A DNA stretch of 32,452 nucleotides from a virus (Duplodnaviria; Heunggongvirae; Uroviricota; Caudoviricetes), in the IMG/VR virus record IMGVR_UViG_3300028275_000480, positions 64,001 to 96,452 of that record. One strand, given 5' to 3'. The notes below the pieces were generated by a model that was given only the letters and a program-made list of their open reading frames with translations, ran no database searches and had not been told where the DNA came from. Position 1 is the first letter of the stretch, and the number at the start of each line of letters is the position of its first letter. Positions 16,083-25,065 of the stretch are shown here, in pieces. The position numbers and the translations under genes are program-made.

Positions 16083-17978
16083 TCTAAGATCATCGGTATC
16101 GACTTAGGTACCACAAATAGTTGCGTGGCCGTAATCGAAAACGGCAATTCTAAAGTTATTGAAAATAGCGAAGGCGCAAGAACAACACCCTCAATCGTTG
16201 CTTACACACAAGATGAAATCCTTGTAGGTGCTACGGCAAAACGACAAGCAGTAACAAATCCAAAGAATACAATTTATGCAGCCAAGCGTTTAATTGGACG
16301 TAAGTTCAAAGAACAAGCTGTACAGAAAGACATCGACCTAATGCCATATGAAATTATGGAAAGTAAAAATGGTGATGCATGGGTTCGAGCACAAGGCAAA
16401 GAACTAGCACCTCCACAGATTAGTGCTGAAGTTCTACGTAAAATGAAAAAGACTGCCGAAGACTATCTTGGTGCAGAAGTTACACAAGCAGTTATTACGG
16501 TTCCTGCATATTTTAATGATCAACAACGTCAAGCAACTAAAGATGCAGGACAAATTGCTGGACTAGAAGTTCTTCGTATTATTAATGAACCAACAGCAGC
16601 CGCATTGGCCTACGGTGTTGACAAACAAGATAAATCCGATCGCAAGATTGCAGTATACGACTTAGGTGGCGGTACATTTGACGTATCTATCATTGAGATT
16701 GCTAACGTAGACGGTGATAAACAAATTGAAGTTCTATCAACAAACGGTGATACATTCCTAGGCGGTGAAGACTTTGACCAACGCATCATGGATTACCTAT
16801 GCGACGAGTTTAAGAAAGAACAAGGCATCGACCTAAAGAAAGATATGCTTGCCTTACAACGTCTAAAAGAAAGTGCTGAAAAAGCTAAGATTGAATTGTC
16901 TAGCTCTGCTAGCACAGATGTTAACTTGCCATACATTACAGCAGACGCAAGTGGTCCTAAACATATGAACGTTAAGATTACTCGTGCTAAGTTTGAATCA
17001 ATGGTTGAAGACCTAATCAATCGCTCATTAGCGCCTTGCCGTCAAGCTATGCAAGACGCAGGCGTGAGTGCCTCCGATATTGACGAAGTTATCTTAGTTG
17101 GCGGACAAACTCGTATGCCTAAGGTGCAGGAAGAAGTTGAAAAACTATTCGGCAAAGCACCACGCAAAGATGTTAATCCAGACGAGGCAGTTGCTGTTGG
17201 TGCTGCTATCCAAGGTGCTGTGCTAGGTGGTGATCGCAAAGACGTTCTATTGCTAGACGTTACTCCATTAAGTCTGGGTATTGAAACCCTTGGCGGTGTG
17301 ATGGCAAAGATCATTCAAAAGAACACAACTATTCCTACTAAAGGACAACAAACATTCTCTACAGCAGAAGACAATCAACCAGCCGTTGATATTAAAGTGT
17401 TCCAAGGAGAGCGTGAGCTTGTTCAACATAACAAACTGCTAGGCGAATTTAAGTTAGACGGAATTGTTCCTGCTCCACGAGGCATTCCACAAGTTGAAGT
17501 AACCTTTGATATTGATGCAAACGGAATCATGCACATCAGTGCTAAAGATAAGTCAACTGGCAAAGAAAATAAAATTACTATTAAATCGGATAGTGGTCTA
17601 AGCAAAGAACAAATCGATGAGATGATTCGTGATGCTGAAGCTAATGCTGACGCTGACAAGAAAGCACGTGAACTTATTGAAACTAAAAATTCTGCAGAAT
17701 CTCAAATTCATCAAGTTAAAAAAGATCTTGAAGAATTCCGCAGTGAACTTACTGAAACAGAAATTGCTGATATTGAAAAAACAATTACAGATGTTGAAAC
17801 TGCCGCTAAAGGTGACAGCGTAGATGCTATTAAAACAGAATTAGAAAAAGTTGTTCCAGCAATGTCAGTGCTTTTACAAAAACGTCAGCAAAAAGAGCAA
17901 CCTCAAACTCCAGACGCTTCTGCTAATCCAGAAGATAACGTAGTTGATGCTACATTTACTGAAACTAAAAAAGATTGA
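16080..17978 (+). CDS. dnaK: Chaperone DnaK (Hsp70)
   Basis: [37 protein letters not shown] and NPDEAVA; SD spacing favours ATG 16080. Confidence 0.97.
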   Translation: MSKIIGIDLGTTNSCVAVIENGNSKVIENSEGARTTPSIVAYTQDEILVGATAKRQAVTNPKNTIYAAKRLIGRKFKEQAVQKDIDLMPYEIMESKNGDAWVRAQGKELAPPQISAEVLRKMKKTAEDYLGAEVTQAVITVPAYFNDQQRQATKDAGQIAGLEVLRIINEPTAAALAYGVDKQDKSDRKIAVYDLGGGTFDVSIIEIANVDGDKQIEVLSTNGDTFLGGEDFDQRIMDYLCDEFKKEQGIDLKKDMLALQRLKESAEKAKIELSSSASTDVNLPYITADASGPKHMNVKITRAKFESMVEDLINRSLAPCRQAMQDAGVSASDIDEVILVGGQTRMPKVQEEVEKLFGKAPRKDVNPDEAVAVGAAIQGAVLGGDRKDVLLLDVTPLSLGIETLGGVMAKIIQKNTTIPTKGQQTFSTAEDNQPAVDIKVFQGERELVQHNKLLGEFKLDGIVPAPRGIPQVEVTFDIDANGIMHISAKDKSTGKENKITIKSDSGLSKEQIDEMIRDAEANADADKKARELIETKNSAESQIHQVKKDLEEFRSELTETEIADIEKTITDVETAAKGDSVDAIKTELEKVVPAMSVLLQKRQQKEQPQTPDASANPEDNVVDATFTETKKD

Positions 17979-18004
17979 CACACAGACAGAAAGATGTTTA
18001 AATA
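17975..18004 (+). promoter_or_regulatory. Promoter for hsp20 (sigma70-like, overlapping a TTTAAATA box)
   Basis: TTGACA (17975-17980), 17 nt, TTAAAT with TG extension. Confidence 0.55.
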
Positions 18005-18007
18005 ATA

Positions 18008-18079
18008 TTAGCGGTACCTAAATGGGCCGCTAATGAGCAAAGAGCTCAATTGTTCTTACTTTATAAGGAGACTAATATG
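18008..18079 (+). promoter_or_regulatory. ROSE-like RNA thermometer leader of hsp20
   Basis: TTAGCGG/CCGCTAA and GAGC/GCTC hairpins, then TCTTACTTT-ATAAGGAGA anti-SD/SD helix. Confidence 0.7.
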
Positions 18080-18511
18080 AACAATCAACTTGCAAGACTA
18101 GATGCTATTAATAGAGCACTAATTGGTTTCGATCAAATGTTTGATCAAATGGAAAGACGATTCGCTAACAGCGTTTCTAATAATTATCCTCCGCACAACA
18201 TTTTAAAAATGGGAGATAATGAATATTCAATTCAGTTAGCAGTAACTGGCTTTGAAAAAAATGAAATTGCTGTTACCGTAGAAAACAATATTCTTATTGT
18301 TAAAGGTGAAAGTATGACAACAGACTATGCACCTGAACAATATCTGCATCGTGGTTTAGCAACACGTGACTTTGTTAAAGAATTTCCTCTTGCAGAACAC
18401 ATTGAAGTTGTTGGTGCAGAAACAAAAAATGGTATGCTTACTATCAAATTAGTTCGCAATATTCCAGAATCTGCAAAACCAAAGATCATTGACATTGTAG
18501 AGGTTAAGTAA
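18077..18511 (+). CDS. hsp20: Small heat-shock protein (Hsp20, IbpA-like)
   Basis: NYPPHNI, LAVTGF, YLHRGLATRDF, NGMLTIKL and P..I.I motifs; AAGGAG SD before ATG 18077. Confidence 0.93.
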   Translation: MNNQLARLDAINRALIGFDQMFDQMERRFANSVSNNYPPHNILKMGDNEYSIQLAVTGFEKNEIAVTVENNILIVKGESMTTDYAPEQYLHRGLATRDFVKEFPLAEHIEVVGAETKNGMLTIKLVRNIPESAKPKIIDIVEVK

Positions 18512-18515
18512 TAAC

Positions 18516-18537
18516 ATGTGGGGGGAAACCCCCACAT
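18516..18537 (+). other. Strong GC hairpin with GAAA loop between hsp20 and clpS (no U-tract)
   Basis: ATGTGGGGG-GAAA-CCCCCACAT. Confidence 0.6.
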
Positions 18538-18551
18538 AAATTGGAGAAACT

Positions 18552-18857
18552 ATGGGAACACTAACCGACATCGAAATTGATGAAAAAATAAAAGTTACAA
18601 TTCAACCTCCAAAGTTATGGAAAGTTATATTTTTTAATGACGACCAAACACCTATGGATTTTGTTGTAGAATTATTGGTAAACATTTTTAAACATAACGA
18701 AAATAGAGCAAGAGATCTTACTTTAGAAATTCATAATACAGGAAGTGCAGTTGCAGGAATTTATCCTCATGAAATTGCTGAACATAGAGGATTAATGGCA
18801 ACTCAAGTTTCTCGAACAAACGGTTTTCCATTACAAATACAGGTGGTAGAAGAATGA
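18552..18857 (+). CDS. clpS: ATP-dependent Clp protease adaptor ClpS
   Basis: P.LWKVIFFNDDQTPMDFVVELL..IF and L.IH..G.AV.GIY..EIAE. Confidence 0.9.
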   Translation: MGTLTDIEIDEKIKVTIQPPKLWKVIFFNDDQTPMDFVVELLVNIFKHNENRARDLTLEIHNTGSAVAGIYPHEIAEHRGLMATQVSRTNGFPLQIQVVEE

Positions 18858-19399
18858 GCTTAAGAGAAATCACAAAAGATTTACATCATGAAGCAGAAAC
18901 AACAAAATTTGCTAAAGAATTACTTAGTGGTAAAATTGGTGGTAAGAAATATGTAAATTATCTTTACAACCTATTAGCAATTTATGATCCAATTGAATGG
19001 TATGCAAGTCGTCAGGGCATGTTTGAAAAAATGCCGTATTTGCCAAGACTTAAACATATTCATGCAGATTTTAAAGAATTGGACGACGGCGGCTATTTGT
19101 ATCTAACTCCGTCTACATTAGAATATCAAGCGTATTTGCATAAGTTAGGTAATGACCCAGAACGCAAACATTTGATTAAAGCGCATTTATATTGTCGACA
19201 TATGGGCGATTTAAATGGCGGGCAAATCATTAAAAAACAAGTAGCTCATATCAGTAGTGGTAAGTTTTATGATTTTAATGATGCAGATACATTAAAGGTA
19301 CAGATTCGTCAAGAGCTTACAGACGACCTCGGTGATGAGGCTCGTTTGGCATTTGAATATGCTATTCGAATGATGAAGGATCTCTATGACGGAGAGTAA
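18854..19399 (+). CDS. Heme oxygenase (short phage HemO/Ho1 type)
   Basis: SLREITKDLHHEAE proximal His helix; HLYCRHMGDLNGGQII distal motif; DEA..AF. Confidence 0.88.
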   Translation: MSLREITKDLHHEAETTKFAKELLSGKIGGKKYVNYLYNLLAIYDPIEWYASRQGMFEKMPYLPRLKHIHADFKELDDGGYLYLTPSTLEYQAYLHKLGNDPERKHLIKAHLYCRHMGDLNGGQIIKKQVAHISSGKFYDFNDADTLKVQIRQELTDDLGDEARLAFEYAIRMMKDLYDGE

Positions 19400-20072
19400 T
19401 GTTTGGAATACGTTAATTGGAATCCAACAATTACTTGAAGACTCGTTTAACAGAACAGGCACCGAAATACAGGAGCCTGGAATGGATAGGTTTAATCAGC
19501 CTGGTTGGGTCAATCGTGTGTGGTCCAGCGATGCTTATCGTCGTGCTCACATTGATGTAGTAGACGCTAGAGAAACCAAAGGATTGTGGATGATGCATTG
19601 TTGCATTTTCCCTCATATTCATAACTCTGCTCCTATATTTGGTTTTGATGTAATAGCAGGAAAAAACAAGATCACAGGCTGTTTCATAGACTACAGCCCA
19701 ACTACTAACAAACAGCATCCTATGATAGATTATTTTGCTGAAGAAGTTACTAGATACGAGTGGATCCGCAAACGTGAATTACCCGACTGGGCACAGCGTA
19801 TTTTTAGCTCTAGTATGGTAGCTGCGGGCAATGTTAAAGACGAATCAGAATTGAAACAGATTACTAGTCTAGCACATATACTGGTAAATCACTACTTAGA
19901 AACCGTAGGTGAAACTAATAATACTACCGCAGATGCAACTTTTGAACAGAATTACTATGCTCAAAATCAAAAACAAAACCCGCATACACCGCGTGTAATG
20001 GCTAGTTTGGGTTTAGACGAGGAAGATGTTCGAGTGTTTATTCAAGAATGCCTGTTCCCAGAAATTCGATAA
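19386..20072 (+). CDS. Ferredoxin-dependent bilin reductase (PcyA/PcyX-like)
   Basis: YRRAHI, MMHCCIFP, APIFGFDVIAG, CFIDYSP, RELPDWAQRIFS, Q..Y...Q..NPHT..V; adjacent to the heme oxygenase. Confidence 0.85.
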   Translation: MTESNVWNTLIGIQQLLEDSFNRTGTEIQEPGMDRFNQPGWVNRVWSSDAYRRAHIDVVDARETKGLWMMHCCIFPHIHNSAPIFGFDVIAGKNKITGCFIDYSPTTNKQHPMIDYFAEEVTRYEWIRKRELPDWAQRIFSSSMVAAGNVKDESELKQITSLAHILVNHYLETVGETNNTTADATFEQNYYAQNQKQNPHTPRVMASLGLDEEDVRVFIQECLFPEIR

Positions 20073-20082
20073 ATACAGAACT

Positions 20083-21378
20083 ATGAGATTTTTTGAATTT
20101 GCAGCGCCTCAACAGGATCAAAACACGGTTTCTAAATTAGTAGATATTGTGAAAAACCCTAATACCGATCCTAAATTAAAAAACGAAATTCTAGCTATTT
20201 TAAAACAGCTGGAAGTTAAGGGCACCAAACAAGATAAACAGCTTAACGCTATACCCCCAGCGGAAGAGATTACTAAAGAAGCAGTAGGTGACGATACAAT
20301 TAGTACTATTGAATCCGATGAAGATTACTTTCAACGTATTCTTAACAGCGACCCTCGTTTAAAAGCCATTGCAGAAAAGAAACTTAAAGATGCAGAATCA
20401 CAAGGATTTAATGTAGGTTCTGCTTTGTCAGCTGGAGATGCATTTAAACGTTTTAACGATCAAGTATTATCGTTAGTACAACATCTTAAACAGCTACCAC
20501 CAGACTTTGCTAAAGAAGTTACTAAAACATTTAGTCACTTAGCTACTCAAGGTATAGATCAACAAGATTTAATTTCTTTCTTACAAGATTGTGCTAAACC
20601 AGATAGACTAATAGATCTACCTGCATTAACATCAAAATCTGGTACAGGTATTAGATTAAATGTTCCTTCAAAATATCAAGAAATCGTTAAGCATCTCGTG
20701 GCAGTTACTCCGGGTAGTAAAAATGCCGCTGCGGGCAAGGGAGAACTTATGCTTGCAGTTATTGGTAAAGACACAACTAAACCTGCTGTAGGAGATATTA
20801 TTGTAGGTGAAAAACGTGTTGAAGTTAAAGCATCTGATGCAACTGGTAAAACAATATCTGATTTTGCTCTCGGTAAACAACCAGTTGAAAAGGCAAGAAC
20901 AATCATGGTTAATACCATGAATAGAACCCTTGGTAGAGAGGTGTTTTTAGATGCAACAGCTGATACAACCAACGACCAAGGTGTTACTGGTATATCATCT
21001 ATTAATACTAAAAATCTTGCTCAACTAAACAAGCTCTTTAGTGAAATGGGTGCAGAAGCTACACAAAAAATGTTCCGTGAAATGTTCACAGCAGTAGTAG
21101 GCAATAAATTTTCAAAGGATATTGAAGATATTGTTTCCTCTATAGATAATAACGGAATTAACGTAGAATCAATGAGAAAGGCTATTGTTGCTTTATTGTT
21201 TGACTACTATAAATCTGTGAATAACCATACAGGATTATTAACTATAAACGTTCCTAATCTAACTATCAATTATGTAGAAGATGCAGCGTCATTTGCAGCT
21301 ATTCCTAATCTAACAATTGGTACTTTATTTGATTTTAGAGCCAATCCTGGATCTATAACATCATTTAAACAAAAATAA
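20083..21378 (+). CDS. Hypothetical protein with C-terminal PD-(D/E)xK-like nuclease motif
   Basis: GKGELMLAV...GDIIVGEKRVEVKAS; start MRFFEF directly after a GATAAATA box. Confidence 0.6.
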   Translation: MRFFEFAAPQQDQNTVSKLVDIVKNPNTDPKLKNEILAILKQLEVKGTKQDKQLNAIPPAEEITKEAVGDDTISTIESDEDYFQRILNSDPRLKAIAEKKLKDAESQGFNVGSALSAGDAFKRFNDQVLSLVQHLKQLPPDFAKEVTKTFSHLATQGIDQQDLISFLQDCAKPDRLIDLPALTSKSGTGIRLNVPSKYQEIVKHLVAVTPGSKNAAAGKGELMLAVIGKDTTKPAVGDIIVGEKRVEVKASDATGKTISDFALGKQPVEKARTIMVNTMNRTLGREVFLDATADTTNDQGVTGISSINTKNLAQLNKLFSEMGAEATQKMFREMFTAVVGNKFSKDIEDIVSSIDNNGINVESMRKAIVALLFDYYKSVNNHTGLLTINVPNLTINYVEDAASFAAIPNLTIGTLFDFRANPGSITSFKQK

Positions 21379-21468
21379 AGTTTCTTAATCTAGAACAATT
21401 TAATAACGCCTTATAATTTTGGTTCTCTCTCCTTTAAATACTATACGGTATAATCCGGGAGCGAATCA

Positions 21469-21951
21469 ATGTCTAAAACAAAAATAATATTAGTGACACT
21501 GATGCTGCCTTCAGTTGTATTGGCAGCAGAACTACAGCATAACTTTAATAGTCCTGCTTTTAACGGGCAAGGCTATAGTTCGCACGTTCTAACAATCAAA
21601 CAACTTGAAGATCAAGCAAAAGAAAAGAACAGAGCAGCGGTAGAAGCATTAAAAGCAAAAGCAGAAGCTGAAGCAGCAAATACACCAACTGCACGTTTTA
21701 TTGCTAATCTTGAAAGTCGTATCTATTCACAATTAGCTAAACAACTAACTGATAGTATGTTTGGTGAAGGTGCAACCTGTACAACCAGAGGTGTTGTATG
21801 CGGAACAATTCCAGATATTGGTGGTAATTCAATTAGTTGGAAACTCGGTGATGGCAGTGATAATGGTATGATTGTCATTACAATTCAAAGCCTTACTAAT
21901 GCCTCGGATATAACAACAATGAAGGTTCCAGCCGGAACGTTTTATTTTTAA
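21469..21951 (+). CDS. csgF: Curli assembly protein CsgF-like
   Basis: Signal peptide, then ELQHNFNSPAFNGQGYSSH (CsgF N-terminal F.NP.FGG-like motif) and F...LESRIYSQLAKQLTDSMF; upstream of csgG. Confidence 0.82.
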   Translation: MSKTKIILVTLMLPSVVLAAELQHNFNSPAFNGQGYSSHVLTIKQLEDQAKEKNRAAVEALKAKAEAEAANTPTARFIANLESRIYSQLAKQLTDSMFGEGATCTTRGVVCGTIPDIGGNSISWKLGDGSDNGMIVITIQSLTNASDITTMKVPAGTFYF

Positions 21952-21961
21952 GGGGCGGTAA

Positions 21962-23122
21962 ATGAAAAAAACAATAATAGCCCTAGGGGTAATCGCTATT
22001 TTATCAGGCTGTGCCACTAGTTCATCAATAAGAGAAAAGATGACCGGTGAACAATTTGATGAGCCAACCGTAGAGCAGAACAAATATCTAAAAAAATTAG
22101 GTGACGGAATTAGAGCACCTAAAGGTGGACCAATTACCGTAGCAGTATACGGTTTCCGTGATATGACCGGACAACGTAAATCTGTTCCAAATATTGCTAG
22201 TTTAAGTTCAGCAGTTACTCAAGGTGCAGATTCATATCTTGTAAAAGCATTACAAGATGTAGGCAATGCAAGATGGTTTACCGTAGTTGAGCGTGTTGGT
22301 CTTGAGAACCTAATTAAAGAACGTCAAATGATTCGTCAAATGCGTGAACAATATCAAGGCCGCGATGCTAAACCGTTGCCACCAATGTTGTTTGCAGGAG
22401 TTATTATCGAAGGCGGAATTGTTGGCTACGATTCAAATACATCAACCGGCGGTAGTGGTGCAAGATTTTTAGGAATTGGAGCACAAACACAATATCAAAG
22501 TGATACCGTAACCGTAAATTTAAGAACGGTTAGCGTTTCTACTGGAGAAGTATTGACTAGCATTACCGTTACCAAGACCGTGCTAAGTTATATGGATAAG
22601 GTCGGTGTGTTAAGATTTGTGTCGGCCGGTGAACAAGCAATTGAAGCTGAAATTGGTGCAAGCATTAACGAAAGCATCAATAAAGCAACTAATCTAGCTA
22701 TTCAAGCAGCCGTTATAGAAACTATTAATGAAGGTGCCAAAAAAGGACATTGGGCATTTAAAGATGATTTGGTTATAACCCATCCGCTACCTGTTCAACC
22801 AGAAATAAAAATTGAACCTATGGTAGAGGTAAAGGTTGAACCTAAGGCAGAAGTAAAGGTCGAACCTAAGGCAGAAGCAAAACCAGAAGTAAAGGCAGAA
22901 GCAAAACCAGAAGCAAAACCAGAACCAACTCCAGCTAAAGTTCTTACTAAAAAATCAACAACAAGAACAACGGTAAGAGAAAATGATAAGGCTGGATCAA
23001 CTATCCTTTCAATATTATCACCAGGGGACGAAGTTGAAGTATTACGAGAACAAGGAAATATGACTTTTGTTCAAACAAAGAGTGGTAAGAAGGGATGGGT
23101 AGTAAGTAATTTCTTAAAATAA
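21962..23122 (+). CDS. csgG: Curli secretion pore CsgG fused to a Pro/Lys/Glu/Ala linker and an SH3b-like domain
   Basis: Lipobox LSGC; VAVYGFRDMTGQRK, AVTQGA, WFTVVERVGLENLIKERQMIR, IEGGIVGYDSN, DTVTVNLRTVSVSTGEVL; C-terminal L..GDEV.VL....G...V....GKKGWV...FL. Confidence 0.92.
   Translation: MKKTIIALGVIAILSGCATSSSIREKMTGEQFDEPTVEQNKYLKKLGDGIRAPKGGPITVAVYGFRDMTGQRKSVPNIASLSSAVTQGADSYLVKALQDVGNARWFTVVERVGLENLIKERQMIRQMREQYQGRDAKPLPPMLFAGVIIEGGIVGYDSNTSTGGSGARFLGIGAQTQYQSDTVTVNLRTVSVSTGEVLTSITVTKTVLSYMDKVGVLRFVSAGEQAIEAEIGASINESINKATNLAIQAAVIETINEGAKKGHWAFKDDLVITHPLPVQPEIKIEPMVEVKVEPKAEVKVEPKAEAKPEVKAEAKPEAKPEPTPAKVLTKKSTTRTTVRENDKAGSTILSILSPGDEVEVLREQGNMTFVQTKSGKKGWVVSNFLK
22829..22926 (+). 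repeat. Intragenic tandem repeats (24-nt x2, then 12-nt units) encoding VKVEPKAE/AKPE linker
   Basis: gtaaaggtYgaacctaaggcagaa twice, then gcaaaaccagaa-type units. Confidence 0.85.
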
Positions 23123-23167
23123 TAACGGTACACTAATAAAAATAATAAAGTACCAAGGAGCGAAGAA

Positions 23168-23971
23168 ATGTATAAAAAAGATATTAAACTAATGGCGGCT
23201 ATTGTCTCCGCTATATTTTGGGGTTCTGGTGCCCATGCAGCTGGTAGCAGCACTGGCCCAAACAACGTATATATAGAACAAGTGGGAAGTAGTAATACAA
23301 TTACTATTGAACAAGTTGGCGGGACAAATAATGTTGGCGGAACAGCAGGTTCTGTTAGCGTTGATGCAACAGGTGTAACAACATTAACACCAACTGCACC
23401 TAGTTCGTCAAATTATGCAACAATAAACGGTAGTAGCAATACCGTATCAATCCAACAAAACGGAAATAACAATTCCTCACAATACAATATTGTTGGAAGT
23501 AAGAATACATATACAGAAACCATTAATGGTTATAATAACCAAGTAAAATTAACGGTTAATAATGGAACCGTTACAGGTACTTCTAATTCTACAATGACAA
23601 ATACCATCACTGGCGATAGCAACGTAATAATTCAAAATATTACTTCTAGTCGTTTTACGTCAACTAATACAATTACAGGTGATAGTAACCAAGTTACTAC
23701 AGATAGCACTACATCAGGTACATTAAGTAGCATTAGTAATACTATTACTAGCAGTAATAATAACGTGATCAACATTCAACAAGCTGACACAGGAACTCAT
23801 ACCGTTGTATTGAATACGACTGGTGGTGATTACAACTCTATTACTACTCAACAACAAGGAAGTAATAACAGCACAATCAATGTTAGCACAAACGGAGCAC
23901 ACAATACCATTACGGTTCGTAGTACTAATGGATCTAGTATTACTAATCCGATGACAGCAATAGTGAGGTAA
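23168..23971 (+). CDS. Secreted curlin-repeat protein (CsgA/CsgB-like)
   Basis: Signal peptide; N/S/T/G-rich ~22-aa repeats such as NVYIEQVGSSNTITIEQVG and NTVSIQQNGNNN. Confidence 0.78.
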   Translation: MYKKDIKLMAAIVSAIFWGSGAHAAGSSTGPNNVYIEQVGSSNTITIEQVGGTNNVGGTAGSVSVDATGVTTLTPTAPSSSNYATINGSSNTVSIQQNGNNNSSQYNIVGSKNTYTETINGYNNQVKLTVNNGTVTGTSNSTMTNTITGDSNVIIQNITSSRFTSTNTITGDSNQVTTDSTTSGTLSSISNTITSSNNNVINIQQADTGTHTVVLNTTGGDYNSITTQQQGSNNSTINVSTNGAHNTITVRSTNGSSITNPMTAIVR

Positions 23972-23973
23972 CA

Positions 23974-25065
23974 ATGAATGCCCTGCTCGGAGTAATTTTA
24001 TCACTTTTTGTGGTTAATGCCTGGGCGGGCATTGGTATTGTTGCCGACGTAAAAGGAACAGCCTGTGAGATCCAACGAAATAAAAGTAAATTATCCGGAG
24101 TTAAAGGTGCAGAAATTGAAACAATGGATACCTATATTACAGGATCTTGCGTAAGCAATATCACTTTTAAAGATGATACTAAAGTTCGAGTTACAGAAAA
24201 TAGCAGGCTGCTTATCGACGATTTTGTCTTCGATCCTAAAAAGTCTGATGCTGGCAAACTGGCTATTAAAGCCGCTATGGGAACCGTCAGATACACATCA
24301 GGACAGATTGCTAAGAATAATCCTCAGCAAGTTAATATCCACACTCCTACCGCCTCGATAGCAGTTCGAGGAACTGATTTTACAATGACCGTAGATGAAG
24401 CAGGACAAAGTCTTGTTGTTCTAGTCCCGTCATGTAAAGATGATAAAGAAGTTAAACAATTTGAATTAGATGAACAACGTTGTCGCGTGGGAAAAATTGA
24501 GGTAACGACGCAAGCAGGTTCAGTGGAGTTAGACAAAGCATTCGAGGGAACATATGTTACAAGTGCTAATATGCCACCGACTCCTCCGGTCGTTATGAAT
24601 ATTATCGAATCAAAAATTAATAATAATTTAATCTTAGTTAAGCCTATGGAAATTCAGCGTTCTTTAGCCACTGCTACTAAAACTAAAAAAGAAATTGAAT
24701 CAGAAGAACTAGAACAAGAAGCCATACGTCAAATGATGCAACGCCTTGAAGAATCAAGAGAATCCCCTCAAGCAAAAGTATTACAATTTACCTATGCTGA
24801 TGGAAGCAAAGGATGTAATCCTTCAACAAATATTTGTGTTAACTGGGATAATCCAGACGGATCGTCAATACAAGACAAAGGCAAAGGTGTGGCGTTTAGA
24901 AAAAACGAAGACCACTATGCTGAAATTAAAACTTTAGGCTATGCATCAAATACAACAATAACCGTTATACATAATGATCAACCAGATACTATTGTTATTG
25001 GCAGCGGAGATCCAAACGGTAACGTTGTTTATATAAAACAAAACGCTGGTGTATTAAAAAGATGA
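23974..25065 (+). CDS. Exported FecR-domain protein
   Basis: Signal peptide; F.DDTKVRVTENSRLLIDDFVFDP, GTVRYTSG, IHTPTASIAVRGTDF. Confidence 0.85.
   Translation: MNALLGVILSLFVVNAWAGIGIVADVKGTACEIQRNKSKLSGVKGAEIETMDTYITGSCVSNITFKDDTKVRVTENSRLLIDDFVFDPKKSDAGKLAIKAAMGTVRYTSGQIAKNNPQQVNIHTPTASIAVRGTDFTMTVDEAGQSLVVLVPSCKDDKEVKQFELDEQRCRVGKIEVTTQAGSVELDKAFEGTYVTSANMPPTPPVVMNIIESKINNNLILVKPMEIQRSLATATKTKKEIESEELEQEAIRQMMQRLEESRESPQAKVLQFTYADGSKGCNPSTNICVNWDNPDGSSIQDKGKGVAFRKNEDHYAEIKTLGYASNTTITVIHNDQPDTIVIGSGDPNGNVVYIKQNAGVLKR

Noticed and set aside
16793-17659. Three minus-strand ORFs opposite dnaK
   Set aside because: Antisense open frames are a well-known by-product of dnaK codon bias; no SD or independent motif.
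18008-18033. CIRCE (HrcA operator) upstream of hsp20 and dnaK
   Set aside because: TTAGCGGTA-N8-GGCCGCTAA departs from TTAGCACTC-N9-GAGTGCTAA in sequence and spacing; compensatory changes between the two copies favour an RNA hairpin.
18516-18537. Intrinsic terminator after hsp20
   Set aside because: Strong stem but no downstream U-tract on either strand; more likely a stabilising or processing hairpin.
22829-22926. CRISPR array or mobile-element repeat
   Set aside because: The repeats are in-frame, spacerless and encode a Pro-rich linker. No CRISPR array, cas gene, transposase or integrase was seen anywhere in the window.
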